Source: Leucoraja ocellata
Taxonomy: Eukaryota
Direction of reading: 5' to 3'
Length of the DNA: 64,000 bases
NCBI GenBank assembly: GCA_036785375.1
Contig: JAWMAR010000775.1
Location: 62,001-126,000 of the forward strand
Made by a program: the position numbers and the translations under genes. Position 1 is the stretch's first letter; the number at the start of each line of letters is the position of its first letter. Of this stretch, positions 37,084-50,055 are shown piece by piece. The notes under the pieces are model-generated. The model did no database searches, had not been told where the DNA came from, and worked only from the letters and a program-made list of their open reading frames with translations.

Positions 37084-37545
37084 ATAATAATAATAATAAT
37101 AATAATAATTTTATTTATAGAGCACTTTAAAAACAAACATAGCTGCAACAAAGTGCTGTACATCACTAATCATTGACAAAAAAGTTAATACACACCAAAA
37201 ATAACAATCAAAAGAAATAGTAGGAAAAGACATGTAAAATAAAGAAACATCAAAAACACCACAAACAGAAGCAAAGCCTCAGGCATGGTCAAAAGCCAGG
37301 GAGTACAAATGCGTTTTAACACTGGATTTGAAGATGGACAGTGAGGGGGCCTGTCTGATGTGCAGCGGCAGGGTGTTCCAGAGTGCCGGAGCAGCAACAG
37401 AGAAGGCTCTATCCCCTCTGAGCCTCCGACTAGACCTCGGTACCTCCAGGAGCAGCTGACCAGCTGACCTGAGGGACCGGGCAGGAGTGTATGGGTGGAG
37501 CAGCTCAGAGAGGTAAGGCGGGGCGAGCCCATTCAGAGATTTAAA
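37084..37545 (-). mobile_element. L2-clade LINE 3' fragment with (tta)n tail
   Basis: Minus strand reads ..RSLRSAGQLLLEVPRSSRRLRGDRAFSVAAPALWNTLP, typical of the L2 C-terminus. Confidence 0.8.
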
Positions 37546-38476
37546 AACAAATAACAGTTATGAGTAAAATTTCCTTTGACAATAAGAGTTTGTTGATGCT
37601 GCCTTCAAAATGGTGTGTGTGTGTGTGGGTGTGTGCACAGTTTTGCTGCTGACAGTATAATGTAGAACAACACCTATAGTGGGTCTGAAATGTAGTGGGG
37701 CACTGCTGACTAATGAGGCCTAGCAAAGGCTACAGGCACAGAACAACAGCATCTATGAAAAGACTCATGGAATTAGCAGGATCATTATTTTTCATGCCAG
37801 TGGGCATTTTGGAGCAGTACCTCAGATGGCTGAGCTCACCAGCAGCACCTTAGCAAATAGCCTTCCAGAATCCTCATTATCTGCTGCATGCTGCAAAACT
37901 TTGTTATCCCAAGACCTCAACTCAAGGCAATATCAGAATGGAAGTGCAGAGCAAGAGGATGCAGCTGCGGTTACACATAGGAAGCCAGGAGAATTAATGT
38001 ACCACCACTCAACCTGATGCATTCAATTTACTGTAAGTTCCCCTTTAAACAACAGTGTGCAACTCAGAAAGAGTAGGCAGAAAATCATAGTTCCCTTGGT
38101 GCATCCCCGTTTTGTCTCTAATACACAGACGCATGCATACATATGTTACTCAACAGTGCTTCCTCCTCAGTATTTTGTAACATGTAATTCCCAATCTGTG
38201 GGCAGCCAGTGGAAAGAGTATGTGTGTTGTCATGCTTCAAGGTTTAAGTGAGAACTGGCTGTAATACAAGAGGGAAATTAAATACTGAAAACATTGCAGC
38301 TGGAACAAAGGAGTGAGCGTGTGTGTGGATTCTTGAAACATGTTGGAGAATGGAACGTTTCTGTATTTGGAATATGTGAAACAATGGTATCTTTGGAGAG
38401 GAGGAGGAATCAACAGCAAAGTTTCCTACAGCAGCACAGTTATTCCCGGAGCTGAAAGCACCAGGATCCATTAGAA

Positions 38477-38691
38477 ATGTGTAGGCAGGGTCTGCAGATG
38501 CTGGTTTAAACCGAATATAAACACAAAAAGCTGGAGTAACTCAGCAGGACAGGCAGCATCTCTGGAGAGAAGGAAGGCATAGGTGATGTTTTGGGTCAAG
38601 ACCCTTCTTTAGTCTGAAGAAGGGCCTCAATTCTTCTCTCCAGAGATGCTGCCTGTCCCACTGAGTTACTCCAGCTTTTTCTGTCTATCTT
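38477..38691. mobile_element. Fold-back Penelope-derived insertion with a 14-bp TSD
   Basis: AGGATCCATTAGAA at 38463-38476 and 38692-38705; inverted arms centred on cccttctt..ctgaagaaggg. Confidence 0.8.
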
Positions 38692-38715
38692 AGGATCCAT
38701 TAGAAGCTGGATCAG

Positions 38716-39383
38716 TGTCACAGTCTGCCCTCTCCTCATTCTCATCCACTTCACCTCCCAGTACTTTTCCACCGGTCCCTCCTTCTCCTCGCCTGCCACT
38801 CCCCTATTATCAGCCTAACTCTCCTCACCTGTTGCACTCAGTTGCCTCTGATCACCTATTAACCCGGTATATAGACTCTCCTCACCGTTCACACAGTGCC
38901 AGATTGTTCTCAGCATTCATGCAAGACTCTCCAGCGATTTCCCGACTGCCTACAAGGATTCGAACCTGCCTGCCCCTGACCATTCCATCCTGTCGTCTTC
39001 CCGGATATCACCTCAGCATTCTGTCCCCGACCACGGCCTTCGTCCCGTACCTCCTGGTTTCTGTCTGCCTCTCTCCTGGGCTGTTTGGTGTATCCCTGCA
39101 ACGGCTCCTCGACTTCCTGCCTGGCTTCGACTCTCCTTTCATCTGTCCCTCACTGGTTTGTTTGCATCGTGTGTTGGATCTCCTGGTTACCGGACCTTCC
39201 ACTACCCTGACTACATCTCCTGCCTGCCCCTCTTCTGAACCCTCGCTCAATCCTGAGCCTCTGTGTGAGTATGATGTACCCATTCCTGTGTTACTACTCT
39301 GTGTTACAGTATCGTAATTGTTCATTACCAATTATACCTGCCTGATTCTGTACTGCTATTGGGTCCAAGCTACACCTGTTACA
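38716..39383 (+). mobile_element. Solo LTR (probably Gypsy-type)
   Basis: TGTCACAG...CTGTTACA termini, perfect 5-bp TSD ATCAG, TATA-like gtatatag near 38867, no internal coding sequence. Confidence 0.85.
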
Positions 39384-40051
39384 ATCAGGAATGATAGGGA
39401 TATGTTGCCTTGGCAACCAGTACAATTTCTAGCACCTCATAGATTGCCACAAAAAGTTTAATGAGGTCACAATATTGACTAAAGTAAATGGAGACTCTGT
39501 TCTGTGTTCACAGCCTGAGTGACTGATCAGAGCATGATTCAGTCTCTTGCATGTTGTACTAATAACTGTCTGACAATCATTTTGTATGATGTGTGCAACT
39601 GATATAAATTCACATCATAAACATTCACGTCTTGGCCAGCTAGAAACATCAGTGCAATGCATAGTAATTGCTAACTCATTTTATGATTTATTCCAGAAAG
39701 GGAGAAAATTGAAATTATTTTGAATGTATTATCTGAATCACCATCTTTTTTTTAAATCTATTAATATGTGCAGAAGTCACAGAACAGCTGTGGGGTGTGT
39801 AGATCCAGAAAAGGTTGGAAAGTATAGTTCTGCATAAGCATCCCTCACATACACATGGACACACTCAACAGCAGACGTTCCAGTCATCAGAGACAAGCAA
39901 CCATTTTGAGCCATGACGTACAGAAGAGTAGAGTATATAGGGAGCAGTCAGCAGACTTTTCCAACAACAATTAACTAACTTTTATGAGCAGTTTGTGGAT
40001 GTTTCAGAACATTGTTATATCTGAAATTATATCAATAATATAATATATAAT

Positions 40052-40250
40052 TCCAGGCGCTCCAGTTATCTCCCACAAGCCAAGGATGTGTGGGTTTGTA
40101 GATTAATTGGCCTCTGTATATTGGCCTGATGTGTAGGGAGTGGATGAGAAAGTCTGATAACAGAGAAGAGTTAACCCTAACAGGTTGATCGATAGTGGAC
40201 CTGGTGGGCCAAAGGACCTGTTTCCACGCTGTATCTCTAAAACTAAAAAA
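40052..40250 (+). mobile_element. Degraded SINE 3' half
   Basis: gggtttgtagattaattgg..cctgtttccacgctgtatctctaaaact. Confidence 0.6.
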
Positions 40251-40477
40251 ATAAAATTTCTATTGATTAAAAAATAATAACACTGGAAGTCTGAAATAAA
40301 AATAGAACATGCTGGAAATACCCAGCATCTGAGGAGAGAAAACACACAGTTAACCTTTCAAGTTGATGACCTTTTGAGTTGTGACAAAAGGTTTTCATTC
40401 TAAAATTCAAATTCCATTACTCACAGCACAATGTTACCTGACCTGCTGAGTATTTCCAGCACTGTCAACATTTACAA

Positions 40478-41131
40478 AAAACACATTGCTGGAGGAACGC
40501 AGCAGGTCAGGCAAGAAAATGACAGACATTTTTTTGAGAATGAGAGGCAGGGGAAAGGGAAACTAGGGATATAGACGGTGATGTAGAGAAATATAGAACA
40601 AATAAATGAAATGTATACAAAAATGTAACAATGATAAAAGAAACAGGCCATTGTTGTTCGCTGTGTACAAGGTGAGAACGAGTACAGACAATGAGACTCC
40701 CGGTTGACAAACACATTCATGCCCCTTCACAATCCCACATTGACCTTTCTGGCCTAGGCCTCCTCCATGGTCCATTGCCAAATGAAAATTGGAGGAACAG
40801 AATCTCATATTTTTCGCTTGGGCAGCTTGGAGCCCAGTGGTATGATTCTTGATTTCTCTAACTTCAAGTAACCCTTCCATCCCCTCTCCCCACCAAGGTT
40901 GTGCCAGCTTCAAAGTCGTCTTATTGCGTCTCATTGGCCGAAAAGTCAGTGTGGGAATGGGAGGGGGTATTAAAGTTGGCAACTGATTGTCTGTACTCGT
41001 CTTCACCTAGTTACACAGCTAACAATGGCCTGTTTCCTTCGTCATCCTCACTTTTTTGCAGATCTATCAATCATTTGTTCTATTTCTCTACATCGTCACC
41101 TATATCTCACGTTTCCCTTTGCCCTGACTCT
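40478..41131 (+). mobile_element. Penelope-like element fragment: GIY-YIG C-terminus and 3' UTR, preceded by an inverted UTR copy
   Basis: 40699-40871 reads (frameshifted) PVDKHIHAPSQSHIDLSGLGLLH..KLEEQNLIF/RLGSLEPSGMILDFSNFK*. 40550-40697 is an inverted copy of 40985-41131. Confidence 0.8.
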
Positions 41132-41715
41132 GTCTCCTCCCCTTCCTCAGCCCTCGGGGTGTCTCCACCCTAGATTTGTACCTGGCTGCCCAGTGATGGG
41201 TGTACAAGGAGTAAAGATGGGAGCTGAGAACGCATCCTTGCAGTGCACTAGTGGATTATTGTGGAGGATGATTTGTCATCTAACCTCACTGATTGGGGTC
41301 TGTTGGTCAGTAAGTCGAGGATCCAGTTGCAGAGATGAGAGCTGACTCTAAGTCCCATGAGTATGGTATAATGGTATTAAATGCAGAGCTGTAATCTGTG
41401 AATAAAGAGCTGTAGTCTCTGAAGTATGTGCCTCTCTTCTTCAGGTGTTCCAGGGATGAGTGTAGAGACAGGGCGAAGGCATTGTCCGTGGACCTGTTGT
41501 GGTGGTTGGTGAACTGCAGTGGGTCATGGGCACTGGGTAGACTGGATTTAATGTGTTCCATAACCAGCCTCTCAAAACATTTCATGATGGTGGATGTCAA
41601 AGCCACTGGACGGTCATTGTTTGGGCACGAGTTCTTGCTTTTCTTCGGCACTGGGATGATTGTGGTCTTCTTGAAGCAGGTGGGTACCTCCGAACGGAGT
41701 AGGGAGAAATTAAAG

Positions 41716-42861
41716 TAGCAATGTAACAACATTTTGAGATTTTAAAAATCTACTGCAATTTATCCCATCAGAGAATGCATAAAAAGAAGTTTAATTTGGC
41801 ACATAATTCACTTTCATATCTTCAGTATTAAACAAGATATGGCCATTTTCATAATCTTGTTCCCTTTTGCTTTTCCCTTAACGCCGTACATCACGCGCAA
41901 ACTTCCCGCGGACTTCGCTTGAACTTCACATCGCTCGACCACCGCGTGGCCCCCGCTTCCGGTTTGGTAGCGCTCGCCGCATGCTGGTGGGACCGGCCCT
42001 GTACGGTGATCACTCGACCTCCGCGCGGCCCCCGCTTCCGGTTTGGTTCATGGGACAGGCCCTTAAGTATCCAAGTAACAAACTAATCCCATTCACACAA
42101 GAATTCACAATATAACATGATTTTTAAATCTCACTGTCATGAACATATGCCAGATGGAAGGGATTTAATGTTTAATTCCCATAAACAAATCTAGAAACTT
42201 CCACTTTCAAAATAATCAAAATTATTATTTTTTGCACAATAAATGTGGCTCAAGCTGTTGTGTACATTTCGTATAAAAATATTGATTATGGATGGACTAT
42301 TCACAAAATATAGACGATTTAGATGCTCTTATGACATGATTGTCCAATAAAAATAATTTTAATCATCTTGCGTGATAAATAAATAAATGTTGTATTGAGT
42401 GGGTGTTTCTGGAACGCGATCGATTGGAATGTTGCGGTTGCGATGAATTTGACCCCAATATAGGCAAGAAAGACACTGCCGGTTCGTATGGGGCCCAAAT
42501 CACATTTTCGCAACGTAAAATTAGATTAAAGCCACCCCAAGAAGCAAGATTATATGTAAAATAGACGACTTGCCCTTTCTTTTGTCCTCGTATTGCGATC
42601 CGTGACGCTGCAGGCGTTGAGGGCTTTTGAAGTCGCATTTTAAACTATTAAATTGTACAACGATTAAAAAAAAAACAGGGTAGTCCGATCGATTTTTTCT
42701 TCATTGACTCGCAGCCCGAGAAAATCTCGCTCTGATAAGCGATACAAACATACATGTTAATCTTCCCCCCCCCCCCCCCCCCCCCCAAAGGCACCAAAGT
42801 TGCGCACACGGCCGGTGGCAGAACTGCAGCGCCGCTGAATGTAGGTTTTGTAACATCGCTA
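41716..42861. mobile_element. Non-autonomous hAT-like DNA transposon containing a partial Harbinger-type MITE (about 41880-42064)
   Basis: TIRs TAGCAATGTAACAA / TTGTAACATCGCTA with a flanking duplication (a)attaaag of 7-8 bp. Removing it restores the LINE frame DIFNFSLL. Confidence 0.75.
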
Positions 42862-43022
42862 ATTAAAGATGTCCGCCAATACTTCCACTATCTGGTCTGT
42901 GCAGCTGCTAAGAACACGACCAGGAACTCTGCCTGGGACAGTTGCTTTCCGTGGGTTTTCCCTCAGGAAGGTCAATCTAACCTTTGCTACAGTCACCCTG
43001 GGGAGAGGCCCACTGGAATCTG

Positions 43023-43992
43023 AAACATAGAAACATAGAAAATAGGTGCAGGACTAGGCCATTCGGCACTTCGAGCCTGCACCGCCATTCAATATGATCA
43101 TGGCTGATCATCCAACTCGGTATCCTGTACCTGCCTTCTCTCCATACCCCCTGATCCCTTTAGCCACAAGGGCCACATCTAACTCCCTCTTAAATATAGC
43201 CAATGAACAGGCCTCGACTACCTTCTGTGGAAGAGAATTCCAGAGATTCACCACTCGCTGTGTGAAAAATGTTTTCCTCATCTCGGTCCTAAATGATTTC
43301 CCCCTTATCCTTAAACTGTGAACCCTTGTTCCGGATTTCCCCAAAATTGGGAACAATCTTCCTGCATCTAACCTGTCCAGCCCCTTAAGAATTTTGTAAG
43401 TTTCTATAAGATCCCCCCTCAATCTTCTAAATTCTAGCGAGTACAAGCCGAGTCTATCCAGTCTTTCTTCATATGAAAGTCCTGACATCCCAGGAATCAG
43501 TCTGGTGAACCTTCTCTGTACTCCCTCTATGGCAAGAATGTCTATCCTCAGATTAGGAGACCAAAACTGTACGCAATACTCCAGGTGTGGTCTCACCAAG
43601 ACCCTGTACAACTGCAGTAGAACCTCCCTGCTCCTATACTCGAATCCTTTTGCTGTGAATGCTAACATACCATTCGCTTTCTTCACTGCCTGCTGCACCT
43701 GCATGCCTACTTTTAATGACTGGTGTACCATGACACCCAGATCTCATTGCATCTCTCCTTTTCCTAATCGGCCACCATTCAGATAAAAGTATACTTTCCT
43801 GTGTTTGCCGCCAAAGTGGATAACCTCACATTTATCCACATTATACTGCATCTGCCATGCATTTGCCCACTCACCCAGCCTATCCAAGTCGCCTTGCAAC
43901 CTCCAAGCATCCTCCTCACAGCTAACACTGCCCCCCAGCTTCGTGCCATCCACAAACATGGAGATGTTGCATTCAATTCCCTCGTCCAAGTC
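43023..43992 (-). mobile_element. CR1 LINE, 5'-truncated, well preserved
   Basis: ORFs 43744-44010 and 43108-43731 (LVRPHLEYCVQFWSP..TQRVVNLWNSLP); (ttctatgt)n tail. Confidence 0.92.
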
Positions 43993-44913
43993 GGGGCCAG
44001 GTGTCACCACCCTGTTGGCCTTCTGCTCAAAGCGAGCTTAGAAAGCATTCATTTCATCAGGGAGGGTTGCACCATCACCGATAATGTTGCCTGACCTTGC
44101 TTTGCAGCCAGTTATAGTATTCAGACCTTGCCACATTCTCCATGTGTCCGAGTGATCGTACTGGGATTCAGGTCTGACCTGGTACTGTTTCTTGTCATCC
44201 TTGATGGCTTTGAGCAGATCATTGAGGGCCTTCTTGTACTTCTCGGGATCGTTTGACTTGTGTGCAGCGGACGTGAGCCTTGACTGGTGAATGTACCTCG
44301 CGGTTCATATATTGTTTCCGGTTGGGGAACACTCGGATTGACTTTGTCGGACCACAGTCTTCCACGCACTTGCTGATGAAGACAGTCGCGGCAGTGGTGT
44401 AATCATTCTGGTTAGCTGCGGAATCCCTGAATATGGACCAATCCACTGGCTCAAAGCAGTTGCGTAAGATGTCATTCATGTCCGTTGACCAGCATTTCAC
44501 AACTCTCTGTACCGGATCCTCCTGCTTCAATTATTGTTTGTAGGCAGGGAGTCTCGGCATTCCAATGATATGTAGTGACAGATGAATCGCCACCTATTCT
44601 CTACCCCAGTATAATATACTGACAGACCAGTGCCGGCCTGCATTGTACTCCTGTGTTGCACTGTTACAGACAGTCCACCAGTCTGTGGCAGTTCACTGGT
44701 CCACCCGTGCAGTAATCGAGAGATGTACTATGGGTAGACAAAAATGCTGGAGAAACTCAGCGGGTGAGGCAGCATTTGGCAAGATCCTTCAATTTTTCCA
44801 GCAAATGCAGTTCATTCTTAAACGGAGATGTACTGTGATTATTTTGTGTCCAGTATTTTGGTGCCGTACAATGACAGACATTAGATGTATCCCGAGGACA
44901 TGTCCCAGATTTA

Positions 44914-45392
44914 GAAACATAGAAAATAGGTAGAGGAGTAGGCCATTCGGCCCTTCGAGCCAGCACCACCATTCAATATGATCATGGCTTATCATCCAAA
45001 ATCAGTACCCCGTTCCTGCTTTCTCCCCATATCCACTGATTTCATTAGCCCTAAGAGCTATATTTAACTGTCTCTTGAAAACATACAGTCAATTGGCCTC
45101 CACTGCATTCTGTGGCAGATAATTCCACAGATTCACAACTCTCTGGGTGAAAAAGTTTATCCTCATCTCGGTTCTAAATGGCCTACCCCTTATTCTTAAA
45201 CTGTGACTCCCTGGTTCTGGAATCCTCCAACATGGGGAACATTTTTCCTGCATCTAGCCTCTCCAATCCCATAAGAATTTTAAATGTTTCTATAAGATGC
45301 CCTCTCATCTAAATTGCAATGAATATACTGTCTATATATGGCAGTTCCGCCATCCCGGGAATTAACCTGGTGAACCTACGCTGCACTGCCTC
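44914..45392 (-). mobile_element. CR1 3' fragment
   Basis: Same 3' UTR and tail as 43023. Confidence 0.8.
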
Positions 45393-45749
45393 CCTGGATT
45401 TGGCTGGACCTCAAGAAAATCAGCATTGTGAGGGCCCAAGGGACTCAATCCCAACATTGTGTGGGCCCAGGAAACCCAGACCTGGCGTCAGATCACCCCT
45501 AAAACCCAGTATCAATGTTGTGTAGGACCTGGGGATTCATTTTCAATATTGGGTGGGCCCGAAATGTCACCCATTCCTTCTCTCCAGAGATGCTGCCTGT
45601 CCCGCTGAGTTACTCCAGCATTTTGTGTCTACCGATTTAAACCAGCATCTGCAGTTCTTTCCTACACTGACTCTGAACTGCATCTGCCACAGTTACTCAA
45701 GCTCAGCTTGGGATTGGCACCTGGAGCTCAGTCCTGATATCCGTTAGGC

Positions 45750-46700
45750 TTGGGAGTCTAATCTCAGCATAGTGAGGTAGTGGGGGACTATGCAGAGGCA
45801 AATACTTCCCATGATCTTTGAGCTGCTGTGACCATGAGGAGCACGTCATCGGCGTAGACCGAGAGGACCACCTCTATGTCCAGCTCGCGTAGAACCATGC
45901 CCGTCAACCTCCTCCGAAGCAGACTAAGGAATGGCTCCACGCAGATGGCCTGACATGGGGCATCCCTGACGTACTCCTCTGTGGAAGGGAATGGGGGCCG
46001 TCAAGGATCCATTGACTTTCACGAGGCACTCTGCGGTGGCGTATAAAAGTCGGATCCGGGACACAAAGTGCGGTCCGAACCCAAACGCCCGCAGAGTCCT
46101 CAACAGACACTCGTGATCCACCCTGTCAAAAGCCTTCTCCTGGTCGAGGGAGAGAAAGGCAGTGGGTACACCGGTCTCCTGAGCCAGGTAGACCAGGTCC
46201 CGGACCAGATGGATATTGTCCTGGATGGACCGGCCCGGGACTGTGTAAGATTAGTCGGGGTGGATCACTTGAGCCAGCATTGGGGCCCAGACGGTTTGCC
46301 ATTGTCTTGGAAAAGACCTTGTCATCGGTACAGAGGAGGGAGACTGGGCACCAATTTTTTTTTAGTCGACGGAGATCGCCCTTCTTGGGCAGAAGGACCA
46401 CGACAGCCCTTCGCCAAGACAGGGGTATCTCTTCGATCGCCAGGCTCTCCCTCAGTACCATGGTGTAGTCCTCCCCAAGGAACCCCCAGAAAGTGCGGAG
46501 CAACTCTGCTGTCAGTCCGTCCAGGCCGGGGGATTTGCCCAGTTCATCCAGTGTCAGGGGGGCATCCAGACGCTCGGCACCCTCCGGGTCGACCGTGGCT
46601 AGACGTTCTGCACTCGTCCCCGCCGGAGCTATCTGGTGAGAACAAGGTCCCATAAAAGGAACGAACTGCTGCATTAATGTCCTCTGGTTCAGTGACGGAG
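45750..46700 (-). mobile_element. Tx1-clade (L1-like) LINE RT fragment
   Basis: Encodes LTLDEL..GKSPGLDGLTAE..LLPKKGDL..PVSLL, RGVRQGCPMSG, and SVYADDV near 45845-45865. Confidence 0.8.
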
Positions 46701-47001
46701 GAGTCAGGCAAGAGCACTTGGTGGGTGATGCTATAACACTCATTCGATTGTCAAAATTGATGGGTTAGTAATCAATAGACTATAGACAATAGGTGCAAGT
46801 AGGCCATTTGGCCCTTTGATGTGATCATGGCTAATCATCCTCAATCAGTACCCCGTTCCTGCCTTCTCCCCATATCCCCTGACTCCGCTATCTTTAAGAG
46901 CCCTATCGACCACATGCTGTATGAATAGGGTGGTGGTTTGCCATGTTCGTTCACCTGCATATACACATCACCATGTTAAACCAGACCATTGATAGTACAT
47001 T

Positions 47002-47220
47002 AAGTGCTGGAGCAACTTGGTGGGTCAGGCACCAACTCTGGAGGACTGATACTGTAGGTGATGTTTTGGGCATGCACCTTCTTCAGTCTAAAAAACGTTA
47101 CTGACCGAAACCTTTATCTATCCATGTTCTTGAGAGATGCTGCCTGAACATCTGAGTTACTCCAGCACATTGTGTTTTTTTTTTGTGCAAACCCGCGACT
47201 GCCGTTCCTTCTGTCTCAAC
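47002..47220. mobile_element. Fold-back Penelope-derived insertion with a 12-bp TSD
   Basis: tgatagtacatt at 46990-47001 and 47221-47232. Confidence 0.7.
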
Positions 47221-50055
47221 TGATAGTACATTTCTGAAACTTGCCGGGAAAGCACATTAGTAAACTGGGTTCTTCAATGCGTTTCGGCCTGAAACGTTGC
47301 CTAATTTTTTCACTCCCTGCTGCACCCGCTGAGTTTCTCCAGCATTTTTGTCTACCCTGTGTTCTTCAATAAACCTGTTCCCAGCTTATTATTTACCATT
47401 CCCCTTTAACAAGTTGAAAATGTGTTTAAATGTACGAATAATCAAACAACCTATCATTTATTGACTGCCATTCACACTCAGTGTGTACCAAAATACATTA
47501 AGAAATTATGCATTTCTGAATCTGATTTACTGTTGGAATGTAGAAACTACAGCAGCCAATTTACAGACTTCAAGTGCCCATAATTAACAGCTCATCCAAA
47601 AGATGAATGCAAACCCACAGTGCAGCACCAGAGTGTCAGCACATATCCTGCGCTTTTTGCTGGAGTGGGACGTCGATCATCATTTTTCTTCAGTCAGATG
47701 GGAAAATCGGATCCCAATGAGCCATGGCTGAAACTAAAGCGTTGCCAAAAATGGAAATAAAGTGACTTTGGGACATTATGTTGTGCTGATTTTGTTGTGG
47801 AGATTTTCCAGTGTCTGCACTCAGGCAGGAGAGAGTGCAGATCAAAATGCGTGAAGCATGTTTGTATGATTGTTCAGGAATTGGGGAAAGACAAGATTCT
47901 GAGCAGCATGTTTCGGCAGAATCCGAATATCTCCAAGGTGGGACATACGGATAATTAGTATTCTGAGGAAATATCATCAACATAATTTAATCTAGCGGTA
48001 AATGAGAAGAAACAGTAATTTGTGGTGTCTCTGGTTATTCATGCAATGTTTTGCAAAAACATAACAGATGCTGGAGACAATAATCTACCTGTCTGAACAT
48101 GGACACACAATTGCTGGAGTAACTCCCTGTCTAACTCCCTTTAATTATTAACTATTACAAGTAAGTAGATTTGTTTGAATGATATTCCCAGTTGACATTA
48201 AGCATTGCAACACCAGACCCATGCCTGATTCACTTTAAACATCCCAGATATGTACAGTTTAAGGAAAACTAGTTTTCAAAATATCAAAAATTGCAAGAAT
48301 GGACATTCATAATGGAAGGGAAATGTAAAATTCATTATTATTCCAAAAGCAATTCTAATTACAAAATTGTTGGTTGAAACGTCTTTTTATTTTATCATGG
48401 AAATAAACATAACTCCTATGAATGTCAACAAACATCACAAACCACATTTGCATCCCATTAGAATGCAAAAGGATGCCTTCAGTGGGAAACTGAAAATCCA
48501 TAATAACTCTGCCAGACTATCTGTATGAGGTCCACATGGGTTTCCTTTTTAATTAGAAGATACTATGAAATTGTTTGGCTTCAGTCATAATCAAGAAATG
48601 ATTACAACAGTTTCAACATATACGAGTACAGAAATACTACCATAATATGCTTCCACAATGACAACCTTAATGAAAAGATAAATGTCAGTAATTGGCAATC
48701 TATCTAACATGCAAATGTCAAGTGTCAACCAAAGTTCTGCAATTAACAATAGAAAACAGTGCCAAAGACTTAGCAGATCAGACAGCATTTGTGGAGAGAG
48801 AAGGAATGGTTCAGGTCTTTCGAAAGTTGATCAGAACTGGGAACTGTTGGAGCTGCAGAGTATTGCTTTTATTTTGATTTCTATCATCTGTAGTATTTTA
48901 CTTCTGGTTTGAAACAACTTGTAAGACTTAAGAATGGTCATAAAACAGCTTTTTATAATTTTTGAATATCGAAACTTTACAACAGAAAAATGATACCTAA
49001 TTATACAAAGGTATTTAAAAACAAACTTTGATAAACCTGCATACCAAACACCCTTGCTCCTGTTCTGCATATTTATGCCAACAAATACCTACTGAGCTTG
49101 GGTAGATTTTCAACACAAAATGCTAGAGTAGCTCAGGCAGCATCTCTGGAGAGAAAGAATGGGTGACGTTTTGAGTCTGCATGGGTAGATTTTAACGGTT
49201 ATAGATCATTAGGTATATTGCGATCAGCATGTTTGTGCAGGATGCCAAAATAAAATTAATCGATCCAGCAAGAGTGAATAATTATGGTGGGAAACTTTTG
49301 CCACCATTGAAGATAATCTGGACAATTTGTGACAGCGATAGAATGTCATATAAAATACAGTGTCATATATTGAAGATGTTTATCTGCTGACATTTAATAT
49401 GCAAGGACATCAATCTTAAAGTAAGCCAGACATTTCAGTTCTTCCAGAAAACATATTCAATATTTATTGAAGAGTCATATGGCAGCAAAAAATGGAATTA
49501 ATGAATGTAACTAGTTATCATAATATGCAAAAGTCATGAGCAGGACTACATAGCCTAGCATCATAGACATCAGGATCAAATAGAATCTCTAGTAATTGCT
49601 ATCTTTCTGGTTCTGTGAAAGAGACAACAGGGAATATGTTATGCTTTGCTGTCAAATCTGCAAGCAGGGCTGTAACTACAATTCCACTTTTGCCGCAAAA
49701 ATGTGTTTGCTGTGTAAAAAAAATCCTGAGTTGCATATTGTGAAAGCACTTAATGAGGTCTAAAAATACCTCATGGCAGTGTGGTGTTACAGAAGGAAAG
49801 TCGGTCGGATTTAAGGTTAAACCCAAGAATCTCTCGTAAGCAGCAGTTATGATCTCAGTGTTGCTGCCAGGGAAAGTGGCAGCAACACAGAGTACAGCCT
49901 CATAAGAAAGGAGAGACGGTCGGTCTAGTCTGAGAGCAATTTTATGGAGGTCGAGAGTTTATAATCCTGCTGGGATTTCAGTTGGAGGAAGACTTCTAGT
50001 TAGCAAAGGAGAAAGAGAGAAAAATGCTTTAAAAATATGAATGCTTATAAAACTA

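Larger units (their letters stand above)
41170..44552 (-). mobile_element. Rex1/Babar-like LINE RT fragment, interrupted by a hAT-like element and a CR1
   Basis: Pieces read KQEDPVQRVVKCWS..FPNRKQYMN (43995-44550), GKATVPGRVPGRVLSSCT..VLADIF (42862-43022), and [50 protein letters not shown] (41170-41715). Confidence 0.8.

Noticed and set aside
38715-39317. 200-aa Pro/Ser-rich ORF
   Set aside because: It lies within a solo LTR, has a non-ATG start and low-complexity composition, with no recognisable domain.
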